NCBI GenBank assembly: GCA_040752415.1
Contig: JBFMGU010000005.1
Coordinates: 26,141-90,140 of the forward strand
Direction: 5' to 3'
DNA: 64,000 nucleotides
DNA from: Myxococcota bacterium
Lineage (GTDB): Bacteria > Myxococcota > JACRCW01
The position numbers and the translations under genes are program-made. Positions 49,774 to 61,498 of this stretch are shown here, piece by piece. Positions within the stretch are counted from its first letter, which is position 1. The number at the start of each line of letters is the position of its first letter. The notes below the pieces were generated by a model that worked only from the letters and a program-made list of their open reading frames with translations, had not been told where the DNA came from and made no database searches.

Positions 49774-49817
49774 GCAATATATTGCCGGTCATCGGTCGGT
49801 CAACGGCAGTAAAGTGC
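49774..49817. promoter_or_regulatory. Two putative BoxR operators (GCAnTAwAnTGC)
   Basis: GCAATATATTGC (49774-49785, perfect palindrome) and GCAGTAAAGTGC (49806-49817), 32 bp apart between the divergent boxR and boxC. Confidence 0.65.
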
Positions 49818-49844
49818 TTGCGCAACGGATGCGGCCCCGGGTAC

Positions 49845-51512
49845 ATGGCCAACATGTCTGCCACCACCCCCACCATCCATCCCCCGATCAACTTCGAGAC
49901 GAGTCCCGAGAGATATCGGCACTGGAGCCTGACCTTTGACGGCGACGTGGCCACGCTGGCCATGAACGTCCTGGAGGACGGCGGCCTGGTGCCGGGCTAC
50001 CCGCTGAAGCTCAACAGCTACGACCTGGGCGTCGACGTGGAGCTGGCGGACTGCCTGGAGCGGCTGCGCTTCGAGCACCCCGAGGTGCGTGCGGTGGTGG
50101 TGACCAGCCTCAAGGACCGCATCTTCTGCGCCGGCGCCAACATCTTCATGCTGGGCAGCAGCACCCACGCCTTCAAGGTCAACTTCTGCAAGTTCACCAA
50201 CGAGACGCGCCTGGGCTTCGAGGACGCCAGCGCGCACTCCGGCATCAAGTTCCTCTGCGCGCTCAACGGCACGGCCTCCGGCGGCGGATATGAGCTGGCG
50301 CTGGCGTGCGACAAGATCCTGCTCGTCGACGACGGAAACAGCGCGGTGAGCCTGCCGGAGGTGCCGCTGCTGGGCGTGCTGCCGGGAACGGGCGGGCTGA
50401 CGCGCGTGGTGGACAAGCGCAAGGTGCGCAAGGACCACGCGGACTTCTTCTGCACGGTGGCGGAGGGTGTGCGTGGCAAGCGCGCGGTGCAGTGGGGCCT
50501 GGTGGACGAGGTCATCTCCCGCTCCAGGTGGAATGAGACGGTGGCCGCGCGCGCCCGCGCCCTGGCGGACTCCACGCCAAAGAAGAACGGCAAGGGCATC
50601 ACGCTGGACGCGCTCAACCCCACCGTCGACGGGAACCGCACCGTCTACAAGCACGTCACCCTCTCCATCGACCCCACGCGCCGCGTGGCGGAGATCCTGG
50701 TGGGGGGACCCCAGGGTCCGCAGCCGAAGACGGTGGCGGAGATTGAAGCCGCGGGAGCCAGCTACTGGCCGCTGCGCGCGTTCCGTGAGCTGGACGACGC
50801 CATCCTGCGCCTCCGCCTCAATCACCTGGAAGTGGGCTGCGTGACGTTCAAGACGCAGGGCGACGCCAAGGTGATGCGCGAGGTGGATGCCACGCTGCTG
50901 GCCCACAAGGATCACTGGCTGGTCAACGAGATCATCCACAAGATGAAGCGCGTGCTGAAGCGCATCGACGTCACCAGCCGCTCGCTGATCTCCTTGGTTG
51001 AGCCGGGCAGCTGCTTCGTGGGCAGCCTGTATGAGCTGGTGCTGGCCAGCGACCGCGCGTACGCGCTGGCGGATCCCGACGAGAAGACCGCGGTGGGCCT
51101 GACGCCCATGAACGCGGGTCCGCTGCCCATGGGTAACGGGCTCACGCGGCTGCAGACACGCTTCCTGGGCAATCCCGCCGCGGTGGAGAAGGCGCTGGCC
51201 GAGCAGGGGGAGATTCCCAGCGTCGACGCCGAGAAGCTGGGCCTGGTGTTCGCCGCGCCCGACGACATCGACTACCCCGACGAGGTCCGCCTGTGCCTGG
51301 AGGAGCGGGCGTCACTGAGTCCCGACGCGCTGACCGGCATGGAGGCCTCCCTCCGCTGGGCCGGTCCCGAGACGCTGGAGACCAAGATCTTCGGCCGTCT
51401 CAGCGCCTGGCAGAACTGGATCTTCATCCGCCCCAACGCCACCGGCGAGAAGGGCGCGCTCACGCTCTACGGCAAGGCCGCCCGTCCCGAGTTCGACCTC
51501 AGAAGGTGCTGA
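49845..51512 (+). CDS. boxC: 2,3-epoxybenzoyl-CoA dihydrolase, ~555 aa
   Basis: KLNSYDLGVDVELAD, HAFKVNFCKFTNETR, LPEVPLLGVLPGTGG, KIFGRLSAWQNWIFIRPNA. Start could be 49845 or 49854. Confidence 0.95.
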   Translation: MANMSATTPTIHPPINFETSPERYRHWSLTFDGDVATLAMNVLEDGGLVPGYPLKLNSYDLGVDVELADCLERLRFEHPEVRAVVVTSLKDRIFCAGANIFMLGSSTHAFKVNFCKFTNETRLGFEDASAHSGIKFLCALNGTASGGGYELALACDKILLVDDGNSAVSLPEVPLLGVLPGTGGLTRVVDKRKVRKDHADFFCTVAEGVRGKRAVQWGLVDEVISRSRWNETVAARARALADSTPKKNGKGITLDALNPTVDGNRTVYKHVTLSIDPTRRVAEILVGGPQGPQPKTVAEIEAAGASYWPLRAFRELDDAILRLRLNHLEVGCVTFKTQGDAKVMREVDATLLAHKDHWLVNEIIHKMKRVLKRIDVTSRSLISLVEPGSCFVGSLYELVLASDRAYALADPDEKTAVGLTPMNAGPLPMGNGLTRLQTRFLGNPAAVEKALAEQGEIPSVDAEKLGLVFAAPDDIDYPDEVRLCLEERASLSPDALTGMEASLRWAGPETLETKIFGRLSAWQNWIFIRPNATGEKGALTLYGKAARPEFDLRRC

Positions 51513-51513
51513 C

Positions 51514-52917
<1,404 letters not shown>

Positions 52918-53078
52918 GGTTCCCGACGTCACTCGCCAACCTCGCGAGGACGTGAAGGTACCAGGCCTCCCCTTCCTCCAAGCCCAAAGCGGTATTTCTG
53001 ACCGCACCCCCAGGGCGCCGGCCGCCGCACGCGTTGGTCCGTGGGCCGGCACGCGGAGCTCTTGCCTCAAATATTTGC

Positions 53079-53107
53079 TTGTCATTATATAAGACACGCG
53101 TTATATA
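53079..53107 (+). promoter_or_regulatory. Promoter and ArsR operator, probably leaderless
   Basis: TTGTCA at 53079-53084. Inverted repeat TATATAA-N8-TTATATA at 53086-53107. ATG follows 6 nt later with no SD. Confidence 0.65.
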
Positions 53108-53113
53108 CGGCCC

Positions 53114-53458
53114 ATGGATGTCTTCGAGGCCATTGCCGATCCCACGCGACGCGCCATGCTGGACCTGCTTGCCGACGGAGAACGCCCCGCCGGTGACCTG
53201 GTCCTGGCGTTCCCGTCCATGACCCAGCCGGGCATCTCCCGCCATCTCCGCGTGCTGCGGGAGGTGGGGCTCGTCGACGTGAGACCCCAGGCGCAACAAC
53301 GGATCTACGCGCTCAAACCGGAGCGACTCTCCGAGCTGGACGCCTGGCTCAACAAGTACCGCGCGTTCTGGCCAGCGCAGCTTGACGCGCTGGAGCGCCA
53401 CCTCGACCGACTCCATTCCCCCAGCAAACCCACCCCCAAACGGAGCCCACGACGATGA
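53114..53458 (+). CDS. ArsR/SmtB-family transcriptional regulator, 114 aa
   Basis: FEAIADPTRRAMLDLL, QPGISRHLRVLREVGLV. Confidence 0.9.
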   Translation: MDVFEAIADPTRRAMLDLLADGERPAGDLVLAFPSMTQPGISRHLRVLREVGLVDVRPQAQQRIYALKPERLSELDAWLNKYRAFWPAQLDALERHLDRLHSPSKPTPKRSPRR

Positions 53459-54006
53459 CCACCGCCACCAATGCCCCCAACCCCGCTTCCATCCCCGACG
53501 TCGGGAAGGTGGAGATTCAAGGTGAGCACGCCTCTCTCATCTTCCAGCGCCGCCTCAAGCACCCACCGGAGGCCGTGTGGGCCGCGCTCACCGAGGCCGC
53601 TCAGCTGGAGGCCTGGTACGCGCACTCCGCCAAACTCGACGGGCGAGCGGGTGGAGCGGTCGAGCTCGTCGTCGGGCCGCCCAAGATGCGCTGGACCGGC
53701 CGCATCCTCACCTGGGACCCGCCCAGGGTCCTGGAATACGAGTTCCGCACCGAGCCGCGCGAGGAAATCCCGCAGGGCGAGAAGGAATCCGTGGTGCGCT
53801 ACGAGCTCGCACGCTCCGGTGAGGGAACGGTGCTGACGCTGACGCACCGCAAGCTCAGCAAGGGAACCGCGCTGGGCTTTGCGCCGGGCACGCACGCGTT
53901 CCTGGACCGCCTGGCCGCGCACCTCGACGGCGCCGCGCTCCCCAACTGGATGCAGCGCTATGGCGAGGTGCAGGCGGCGTATCCCTCGTGGAGTCGACGA
54001 AGCTGA
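53455..54006 (+). CDS. SRPBCC/AHSA1 domain protein, 183 aa
   Basis: RRLKHPPEAVWAALT...W, DPPRVLEY, GTVLTLTH. ATGA overlap with arsR. Confidence 0.85.
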   Translation: MTTATNAPNPASIPDVGKVEIQGEHASLIFQRRLKHPPEAVWAALTEAAQLEAWYAHSAKLDGRAGGAVELVVGPPKMRWTGRILTWDPPRVLEYEFRTEPREEIPQGEKESVVRYELARSGEGTVLTLTHRKLSKGTALGFAPGTHAFLDRLAAHLDGAALPNWMQRYGEVQAAYPSWSRRS

Positions 54007-54047
54007 AGGGGCCCACGCCCGTCGGCCTGCGTTCACCGGCCCCTTTC
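54006..54047. terminator. Hairpin between convergent genes, possible terminator
   Basis: AAGGGGCC...GGCCCCTT stem. Confidence 0.4.
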
Positions 54048-54058
54048 GCCACCTGGGC

Positions 54059-55195
54059 CTACCTGGCGCGCTTCTTCTTGCGCCCCTTGGCCGCCCCGCC
54101 ACGACGACCACCAGAGCTTGGGCGCAGGCCCGAGAACATGCTGTCGACCAATTCGTCGAAAACGTCCTGCATGTCCGGCGGTTCCCCCATGTCGTCGTCG
54201 GCGTGGCCGGGGCCGGCCCTGAACTGCGCCAGGGTGATTCGCCCGTCGCGGAACTCCTTCACGAAGTCCCGGATCAAGCGGAGGTCATCCAGCTCCTCGG
54301 TCGCCTCGTTGAGCAGTGCGTCGATCCCTTCGTCGCCCGCAAAATCCCTGGCCAGACCCAGCTCCGGGGCGTGCCGCAAATGCCGGAGCTCCTTCTGTAG
54401 CCCGCGAAGCTGGCGGCGCAGCTCCGCGTTCATCCGCTCCAGCGCTTCGCAGCGACGTTCCTCTTCGTCCGCGCTCGGGGGCGCGCTCGGGATGTCACCC
54501 TTGGCCAACGAGGCTTCCACGCGTAGGAGGCGCGCCAGGTCGCCCTCGTGATAGGCGGCGGTGACCTCCTTCATCATCTCCGTGCGCTCCTGCCGGGTGT
54601 CCTCGTCGTGGTGAACCTTGTCCGGGTGCAGCGCCTCGGCCAGGCGACGGAACAGGCTCCGCAACACGTGGCGCTCGGGACGCACCGCGCCCTCCGCCGT
54701 TTCCCGCGATGGCGGCGGCGCTTCCGCACCAGGAGCCGGATGTTCACCCGGCCTGGGTGGGAAGCCGGCGCCTCCGAGGTCCATCACCTCCTGCGGCGGA
54801 AGGCCTCCCGCGATCTGCAGCGAGTCGTAGATTTCCTGGATGTCGCGGCGCGCGCGCTTGGAGTGTCGCGGGCTTTGCAGCAGCTCGCGGAACATGCCGT
54901 GGATCTCCCGACAGAGCCGCTGGGCTTCCTCCATCAGCGGCCCCATGCGCGCCTGAAGCTTCGCCGCAAAGGCCTGGGCCTGGTCCAGGAGCTCCTTGTG
55001 TTGCTCCTGCGCCTTCTTGATCCCCGCCAGCAGGCGGTCGTGTTCCCGTTTGAGCGTCGCGAGCCGCTCGGACCCCACATGGATGAGCCCTGGCTCATGC
55101 CCCATGCCAGGCAGGGAGGCCTGATGGGCTTGCGCCGAACGACGTCGCGGCGAGGGGCTGGAACGTTCGCGCTTCTGCCTGGGCGAACTGGTCAT
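54059..55195 (-). CDS. Coiled-coil protein with an internal J domain, ~378 aa
   Basis: LRSLFRRLAEALHPDK...MKEVTAAY with flanking coiled coils. GAAGAGG RBS before ATG 55195. Confidence 0.8.
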   Translation of the reverse strand: MTSSPRQKRERSSPSPRRRSAQAHQASLPGMGHEPGLIHVGSERLATLKREHDRLLAGIKKAQEQHKELLDQAQAFAAKLQARMGPLMEEAQRLCREIHGMFRELLQSPRHSKRARRDIQEIYDSLQIAGGLPPQEVMDLGGAGFPPRPGEHPAPGAEAPPPSRETAEGAVRPERHVLRSLFRRLAEALHPDKVHHDEDTRQERTEMMKEVTAAYHEGDLARLLRVEASLAKGDIPSAPPSADEEERRCEALERMNAELRRQLRGLQKELRHLRHAPELGLARDFAGDEGIDALLNEATEELDDLRLIRDFVKEFRDGRITLAQFRAGPGHADDDMGEPPDMQDVFDELVDSMFSGLRPSSGGRRGGAAKGRKKKRAR

Positions 55196-55586
55196 GTGGC
55201 CTCTTCGGGCATCCAGTCTGGGGCGTGGGCCAGCGCCGCACGACACCGTCCGGTCAATGAGCGCGCTGGAGATAGCAGCTTCTGCTCCGCCTGGCTTGCC
55301 CATCTCTGCGGTCTTTTCGGCGTCCGCGCTCCTGGACGCGTTGGACTCCGGCTTCGCCGGGCCCGCGACGCGGAACGCCGGGCGCAGCCTCACGGGAACC
55401 CCGCGACGAGTTACCTCACGGGTTGGTACCTGCTGGCCAGTTGACGTCGTCACGGCAATGTCCCGTGAGCAGACACGCCGGCGGTATCCAGGGTGTGAGC
55501 CGACGCCGACTCACGCGCTGGATACTGGCGGCGCGAGTCCCCCGATCCTTGCCGTGACGACGTCAGATGACCAGGTGGTATCAGGG

Positions 55587-55799
55587 TCAGACGCGCACCG
55601 GCTTGGCGCACTTGGGACAGACCGGCTTGTACTTGCTGACCTGTCCCATCCACCCGCACGAGCAACGCGTCTGCACCACGTGCACGTTCTCCTCCTTGGT
55701 GGCGAACACCTTCTTGAGCACCATCACGGCCACCAGGATCACCACCGCGCCCACCACGTGCCCCACCGTGATGGGACCAAACAGCACCTGATTCACCAC
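55587..55799 (-). CDS. Small membrane-anchored zinc-ribbon protein, 70 aa
   Basis: GGAGG RBS, one TM helix, CSCGW...CPKC. Confidence 0.75.
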   Translation of the reverse strand: MVNQVLFGPITVGHVVGAVVILVAVMVLKKVFATKEENVHVVQTRCSCGWMGQVSKYKPVCPKCAKPVRV

Positions 55800-56016
55800 G
55801 CACCTCCGTTGGGACGCAGCCCGCTCCCGCAGCGATTACCGGGGTTCATCCGACGGAACAACCGTCCGCGCGCCGCCGTGCGTGGGTGCGCGCGGTGACG
55901 TGCATCCGCCGTGGACTCGACTAGGATGCGCGCCCCCTCCCTCCACGCGCCCTGTGAGCCGTGCGGGGAGCCTGCCGCGCCCTGTGTGCCGGCACGGAAC
56001 CACGGAGTCACGCTCC

Positions 56017-58740
56017 ATGACCACCACCCAGAAGAACGTGTTCAACCCCTTTGGCGCGCGTGAAACCATCACCGCGGGCAACAAGAAGCTGGGCGTCTAC
56101 AAGCTGGAGAAGCTCAAGACGCTGGGCCACGCGCCCAACCTGGACCGCTTCCCCTTCTCCATCAAGATCCTGCTGGAGAGCCTGCTGCGGAACTGCGACG
56201 GCTTCCTGGTCACGGAGGACGACGTCAAGCGCCTGGCGGGCTGGAACGCCAGCAAGCCCGCGGAAGTGGAAGTGCCGTTCAAGCCGGCGCGCGTGATCCT
56301 GCAGGACTTCACCGGCGTGCCGGTGCTGGTCGACGTGGCGGCCATGCGCAACGCCATGAAGAAGCTGGGTGGTGATCCCAAGAAGATCAACCCACTGGTC
56401 CCGGTGGACCTGGTCATTGATCACAGCGTGCAGGTTGATCACTACGGCGCGCCCGACGCGCTGGCCCTCAACACCAAGCTGGAATTCCAGCGCAACCTGG
56501 AGCGCTACCAGTTCCTGCGCTGGGGCCAGAACGCGGTGCAGAACTTCCAGGTGGTGCCGCCCTCGACGGGAATCGTCCACCAGGTGAACCTGGAGTACCT
56601 GGCGCGCGGCGTGCTCACCGGCAAGGACAAGGACGGAGAGGTGGCGTTCCCCGACTCGCTCGTCGGCACCGACAGCCACACCACGATGATCAACGGCCTG
56701 GGCGTGCTGGGCTGGGGCGTGGGTGGCATCGAGGCGGAGGCCGTGATGCTGGGGCAGCCGCTCTTCATGCTCACCCCGCAGGTGGTGGGCTTCAAGTTGA
56801 GCGGCAAGCTCAAGCAGGGTGTCACCGCCACCGACCTCACCCTCACCATCACGCAGATGCTGCGGAAGAAGGGTGTCGTCGACAAGTTCGTGGAGTTCTA
56901 CGGTCCGGGCCTCTCCGCCATCTCGCTGGCGGACCGCGCCACCATGGCCAACATGGCTCCCGAGTACGGCGCCACCATGGGCTTCTTCCCCGTCGACCAC
57001 GAGACGCTGGAGTTCCTGCGTCGCACCGGTCGCGGTGAGGCGGCCACGGTGGTGGAGGCGTACACCAAGGCCAACGGGCTGTACCGCACCGACGACATGC
57101 CCGACCCCATCTTCACCGACACCCTCGAGCTCAACCTGGCCGACGTGGAGCCCTCTCTGGCGGGCCCCAAGCGTCCGCAGGACCGCGTGCCGCTCACGCA
57201 GATGGCCAGCAGCTTCTCCAAGGGACTCACCGCGCCGGTGAAGGAGCGCGGCTTTGGCCTCACCGAGGCGGAGCTGGGCAAGTCCGCGTCGCTGTCCTTC
57301 AAGGGGCAGGAGCACCACCTCAAGCACGGCGCGGTGGTGATCGCGGCCATCACCTCTTGCACCAACACCTCGAACCCCTCGGTGCTGCTGGGCGCGGGCC
57401 TGGTGGCCAAGAAGGCGGTGGAGAAGGGCCTCACGGTTCCCTCCTACGTGAAGACCAGCCTGGCGCCGGGCAGCAAGGTGGTGACCGAGTATCTGCGCGA
57501 GAGCGGCACCCTCCCCTACCTGGAGAAGCTGGGCTTCCACGTCGTGGGGTACGGCTGCACCACGTGCATTGGCAACAGCGGCCCGCTGCCGGAGGAGGTG
57601 GGCAAGGCCATCACCGACGGAAAGCTCGTGGCGGCGGCGGTGCTGAGCGGCAACCGCAACTTTGAAGGTCGCATCCACTCGCTGATCAAGGCCAACTACC
57701 TGGCCAGCCCGCCGCTGGTGGTGGCCTACGCGCTCGCCGGCAGCGTGGCCAAGGACCTGGAGAAGGAGCCGCTGGGCACGGGCAAGGATGGCAAGCCCGT
57801 CTTCCTCAAGGACATCTGGCCCACCTCCGACGAGATCCTGGAGCTGGTGCGCAAGTGCATCACGCCGGCGATGTTCGAGAAGACCTACCAGGACGTCTTC
57901 AAGGGCCCGCAGGAGTGGCAGAGCATCAAGGGCGTCAGCGGCGACCTGTACCACTGGGAAGGCAAGAGCACGTACATCCAGGAGCCGCCGTTCTTCCTGG
58001 ATCTCCAGCCCACCACGGAGTCGCTCAAGAACATCAGCGGCGCGCGCGCGCTGGCGGTCCTGGGCGACAGCGTCACCACCGACCACATCTCCCCGGCAGG
58101 CGACATTGCCGAGAACAGCCCTGCGGGTCGCTACCTCAAGGAGCACGGGGTGGCGAAGGTGGACTTCAACAGCTACGGGTCCCGTCGTGGCAATGACCGC
58201 GTGATGACGCGCGGCACGTTTGCCAACATCCGCCTCAAGAACCTGATGGTTCCCGGCGTGGAAGGCGGCGTCACCATCCACGTGCCCACCGGCCAGCAGA
58301 TGGACATCTACGACGCCTCCGTGAAGTACCAGCAGGAGAAGACCCCGCTCGTGGTCATTGCGGGCAAGGAGTACGGCACCGGCAGCAGCCGTGACTGGGC
58401 CGCCAAGGGCACGTTGCTCCTCGGCGTGAAGGCGGTGATTGCGGAGAGCTTCGAGCGCATCCACCGCAGCAACCTCGTCGGGATGGGCGTGCTGCCGTTG
58501 GTGTTCAAGGACGGCCAGAACGCGGAGAGCCTGGGGATCACCGGCAAGGAGACGTTCCACATCGAGGGCATCAGCGACGACATGCCGCCGCGCAAGGAGC
58601 TCACCGTCCGCGCCGTGAAACCCGAGGGTGGCGAGATCAAGTTCAACGTGGTGGCGCGCCTGGATACGCCGGTGGACGTCCACTACTACCGCAACGGCGG
58701 CATCCTCCACGCCGTGCTGCGCAACCTGGCCAAGGCCTGA
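56017..58740 (+). CDS. acnA: Aconitate hydratase A, 907 aa
   Basis: [59 protein letters not shown]. Confidence 0.95.
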   Translation: MTTTQKNVFNPFGARETITAGNKKLGVYKLEKLKTLGHAPNLDRFPFSIKILLESLLRNCDGFLVTEDDVKRLAGWNASKPAEVEVPFKPARVILQDFTGVPVLVDVAAMRNAMKKLGGDPKKINPLVPVDLVIDHSVQVDHYGAPDALALNTKLEFQRNLERYQFLRWGQNAVQNFQVVPPSTGIVHQVNLEYLARGVLTGKDKDGEVAFPDSLVGTDSHTTMINGLGVLGWGVGGIEAEAVMLGQPLFMLTPQVVGFKLSGKLKQGVTATDLTLTITQMLRKKGVVDKFVEFYGPGLSAISLADRATMANMAPEYGATMGFFPVDHETLEFLRRTGRGEAATVVEAYTKANGLYRTDDMPDPIFTDTLELNLADVEPSLAGPKRPQDRVPLTQMASSFSKGLTAPVKERGFGLTEAELGKSASLSFKGQEHHLKHGAVVIAAITSCTNTSNPSVLLGAGLVAKKAVEKGLTVPSYVKTSLAPGSKVVTEYLRESGTLPYLEKLGFHVVGYGCTTCIGNSGPLPEEVGKAITDGKLVAAAVLSGNRNFEGRIHSLIKANYLASPPLVVAYALAGSVAKDLEKEPLGTGKDGKPVFLKDIWPTSDEILELVRKCITPAMFEKTYQDVFKGPQEWQSIKGVSGDLYHWEGKSTYIQEPPFFLDLQPTTESLKNISGARALAVLGDSVTTDHISPAGDIAENSPAGRYLKEHGVAKVDFNSYGSRRGNDRVMTRGTFANIRLKNLMVPGVEGGVTIHVPTGQQMDIYDASVKYQQEKTPLVVIAGKEYGTGSSRDWAAKGTLLLGVKAVIAESFERIHRSNLVGMGVLPLVFKDGQNAESLGITGKETFHIEGISDDMPPRKELTVRAVKPEGGEIKFNVVARLDTPVDVHYYRNGGILHAVLRNLAKA

Positions 58741-58836
58741 GAAACGCTCCTTCCCACGCCCTCCCGTCGTCATGATCCCGGCGGGAGGGTGTGCGGTTGC
58801 CAGCGCGCGGGAAGCCGGGGAAGGTGTCCTGGTCCC

Positions 58837-61140
58837 ATGGCACCGCGCGCCCGTCGTCAGCAGCAGCTCTTCCTGGTCCTGCTGGGCGCCTCCGTGCTGG
58901 TGCACGTGGCGTGGTGGTGGCCCGCGCTCACCGGCAGCGCCGTCCTCTACCTGCGTGACATCCTGGCGTTCCTCCTGCCGTACAAGGTGGAGGCGGGTCG
59001 GGCGTTGCGTGACGGCGGGATGCCGCTGGTGAGTCACGCGTTGGCGGGCGGGCAGCCGTTGTGGGCGCATCCGTCGGCGCAGGTGGCGGACCCCGGGACG
59101 GTGCTCTTCGCCCTCGTCGACAATCCGTTCCTGGCGCACGCGTGGGACCTGTTTCTCCACAGCGTGGCGGCGGGTGCGGGGGCGTTCCTGCTGGGGCGTG
59201 CTGTTGGTCTGCGCAAGACGTGGGCGCTGTACGCGGCGGTGGCGTACGTGGGGTGTGGACCGGTGTCGTCGTCGTGGTGCGTGCAGGAGGTGACGCCGGT
59301 GGCGCTGCCGTGGGTGGGCCTGGGCGGCGCGTGGATGGCGCGCGGGAGATGGACGCACGCCGTGATCCTGACCGGCGTGGGCGTGGCCTACTTCACCGTG
59401 TATCCCGACGTGCCCTCGATGTCGGCGGCGGGTCTGGTGGCGGTGTGCGCCTGCATGGGTCGCGCGCGCGCGCCCGGGCGCGGCGTAGGGGGCTTGCTGC
59501 TGAGCGCCCTCCTGGGACTCATGCTGGGTGGCGCGCGGGTGGTTCCGGCGTTACTGACGTCGCGGGACACCACGCGCGAGATGAACGTGATGTGGTCCGC
59601 GGACAGCTCGCTCCCCGCGCGACTGCTCGAGCTGGTGGCGCCCAATGCGTTTGGAGTGCCGGGCGCTTCGGGAACGTTGTTGGGTGCGTTCCGCCATTTC
59701 CGTCCGCCCGGAGAGTACGTGGGGAGCTTCTACCTGGGCGCATCCGTGTTGTGCGCGCTGCTCCTGGTCACGCGCCTGCGACTCCGACGGACGGATCGAT
59801 GGCTGTTGACCTGCGGCGGGATCCTCGTCGTCACGGCGGCGGGAAATGGGGTGCCGGGCGCGGATGCGCTGTGGTCCCTGCTGCACGTGCGTTTCCCCGA
59901 GCGCGTGACGCCGGCGGCGTGGTTGGTGCTCATCCTGCTGGCGTCTCGGATGGCGCAGCGCGCAACTTCCAAGACGACGCAGCCATGGTGGATCGCGGGT
60001 GCGCTGGGCGTGGCCGGAGCAGTGGGCGCCCCGTGGATCGCGAACGCGGTGGCGGGCGCGTTGGGCATCCTGGGTCGTCCCCACGACGTGGACGCGGTGG
60101 AGTTGATGACCTCACAGCTGGGTACGGGTTGCGCGCTCCTGGCGCTGGCGGGGTTTGTGGGCGCCATGACGCTGCGGAGCACGCGGGCAGGGTTGGGGCC
60201 GGTGATGGTGGGGCTGGCGCTGCTGGAAGGAACCGCGTCGACGAGCACCACGCTGCTCATGGCGCCCGCGGAAGGGTTCTCGCTGCGTCCGCTCCGAGTG
60301 GCCAATGTGGAAGTACCGGCGGGAGCGTCGGTCCATTGTTGCGCGCTGGAGCTGGTGGATGCGCCGCCGCCGTCGTCGGCAAGTCCGGCGCTGCCACCCT
60401 ATTCCGCCGCGCAGGAGTTCTTCCACGTGGGTGCGCCGTCCTCGAGCGTGGTGCGGGGTTACCAGCAGTTCCTCGCCGGTGACATTGGCGGATTCGAACC
60501 CGCGGCGCTGCGATGGTTGCTGTTCAGCGGCATGGGCACACTCCGCGCTGTGGGTGGGGATGCGGCGTTGGTGCCACTGCTGAGCGCGCTGGGCGTGGAA
60601 TGGGTGGTGGAGGTGCGACCGGATCCAAGCGGGGCATTGTCGTCGGTGCGGGAGGAGAGATTGCCGCATCCGCCGGTCCACCTGACGCGACTGGGACCGG
60701 GGCGGCCGCGCATCAGTGTGCATACCGCCGTCCACTTCGAGGAAGACCGGCATGCCACGGTGGCGTGGCTGTCGCGCGACCCGGCGATTCCCGTCGTGGC
60801 GGGGCGTCCGTCCTGGTGGGAAGACGGTGCGCCGGAAGGTGTGATCAGTGAAACGCGCGTCTCGGACTCACGGGTGGAGCTGAGCGTGGAGTGTGCGCGG
60901 GGATGTGTGGTGATCCATCGCAGCCTGCTGCGCGCGGGGTGGACCGCCACCGTCGACGACGTGGCGACCGACCTGCACAGCGCGAACGTGATTCACATGG
61001 CGGTCGCGATTCCCGCGGGGAGACATCGCGTGGTCATGGAATACGCGCCGCCGGGGATGAAGGCCGGTGTGGCCATGACGGGCGTGGGAGTGGGCGCGTT
61101 GGTGCTCATGGGCTGGCTGGGGCGGCGACGACGGGTATGA
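58837..61140 (+). CDS. YfhO-family (GT-C-like) polytopic membrane protein, 767 aa
   Basis: D...F..P...G.MPL......GQPL, multiple TM helices, and C-terminal GW.A.VD...AN....AV.IPAG.H.V...Y.P. Codon usage is G-rich and atypical. Confidence 0.75.
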   Translation: MAPRARRQQQLFLVLLGASVLVHVAWWWPALTGSAVLYLRDILAFLLPYKVEAGRALRDGGMPLVSHALAGGQPLWAHPSAQVADPGTVLFALVDNPFLAHAWDLFLHSVAAGAGAFLLGRAVGLRKTWALYAAVAYVGCGPVSSSWCVQEVTPVALPWVGLGGAWMARGRWTHAVILTGVGVAYFTVYPDVPSMSAAGLVAVCACMGRARAPGRGVGGLLLSALLGLMLGGARVVPALLTSRDTTREMNVMWSADSSLPARLLELVAPNAFGVPGASGTLLGAFRHFRPPGEYVGSFYLGASVLCALLLVTRLRLRRTDRWLLTCGGILVVTAAGNGVPGADALWSLLHVRFPERVTPAAWLVLILLASRMAQRATSKTTQPWWIAGALGVAGAVGAPWIANAVAGALGILGRPHDVDAVELMTSQLGTGCALLALAGFVGAMTLRSTRAGLGPVMVGLALLEGTASTSTTLLMAPAEGFSLRPLRVANVEVPAGASVHCCALELVDAPPPSSASPALPPYSAAQEFFHVGAPSSSVVRGYQQFLAGDIGGFEPAALRWLLFSGMGTLRAVGGDAALVPLLSALGVEWVVEVRPDPSGALSSVREERLPHPPVHLTRLGPGRPRISVHTAVHFEEDRHATVAWLSRDPAIPVVAGRPSWWEDGAPEGVISETRVSDSRVELSVECARGCVVIHRSLLRAGWTATVDDVATDLHSANVIHMAVAIPAGRHRVVMEYAPPGMKAGVAMTGVGVGALVLMGWLGRRRRV

Positions 61141-61169
61141 GCCCGAGGCTGGGTGTTGGTGGAGACTCG

Positions 61170-61461
61170 GGTTGGTGGCGATGTGGCCCCCCCACCCGGC
61201 CGCCTCACCATGGCACTGTTTCACGTCGTGGCGGCCGACCTCCCCCACGACGTGGGGAGGCGTAGATGTGCCGCGTCGGGGTTGTTCAATGTGCCCAGCG
61301 CGGCACAAGGCCTCGTTGCGCTCGTGCCGCCCAATGTGCCCGTCGAATCAACGAGGCGGCACATCTACGCCTCCCCACGCCGTGGGGGAGGTCGGCCGCC
61401 ACGACGTGAAAACAGTGCCATGGTGAGGCGGCCGGGTGGGGGGGCCGTATCGCCACCAACC
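61170..61461. repeat. Long inverted-repeat element (~109-bp arms, ~73-bp loop), REP/MITE-like
   Basis: 61170-61278 is the near-perfect reverse complement of 61352-61461. Each arm holds the palindrome CTCCCCCACG.CGTGGGGAG. It sits between convergent genes. Confidence 0.85.
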
Positions 61462-61498
61462 GCGGCCCCGATCGCCCACGACGAAGCACCCCGACGTC

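Noticed and set aside
58755..58793. Hairpin after acnA as an intrinsic terminator
   Set aside because: The stem is present but there is no U tract, so I did not call it.
56008..59358. Very long ORFs such as 56008-59358(-), 33687-36908(+), 45297-48524(+), 26113-28653(+) and 30194-32641(+)
   Set aside because: They are antisense shadows of well-supported genes in high-GC DNA and have no recognisable motifs.
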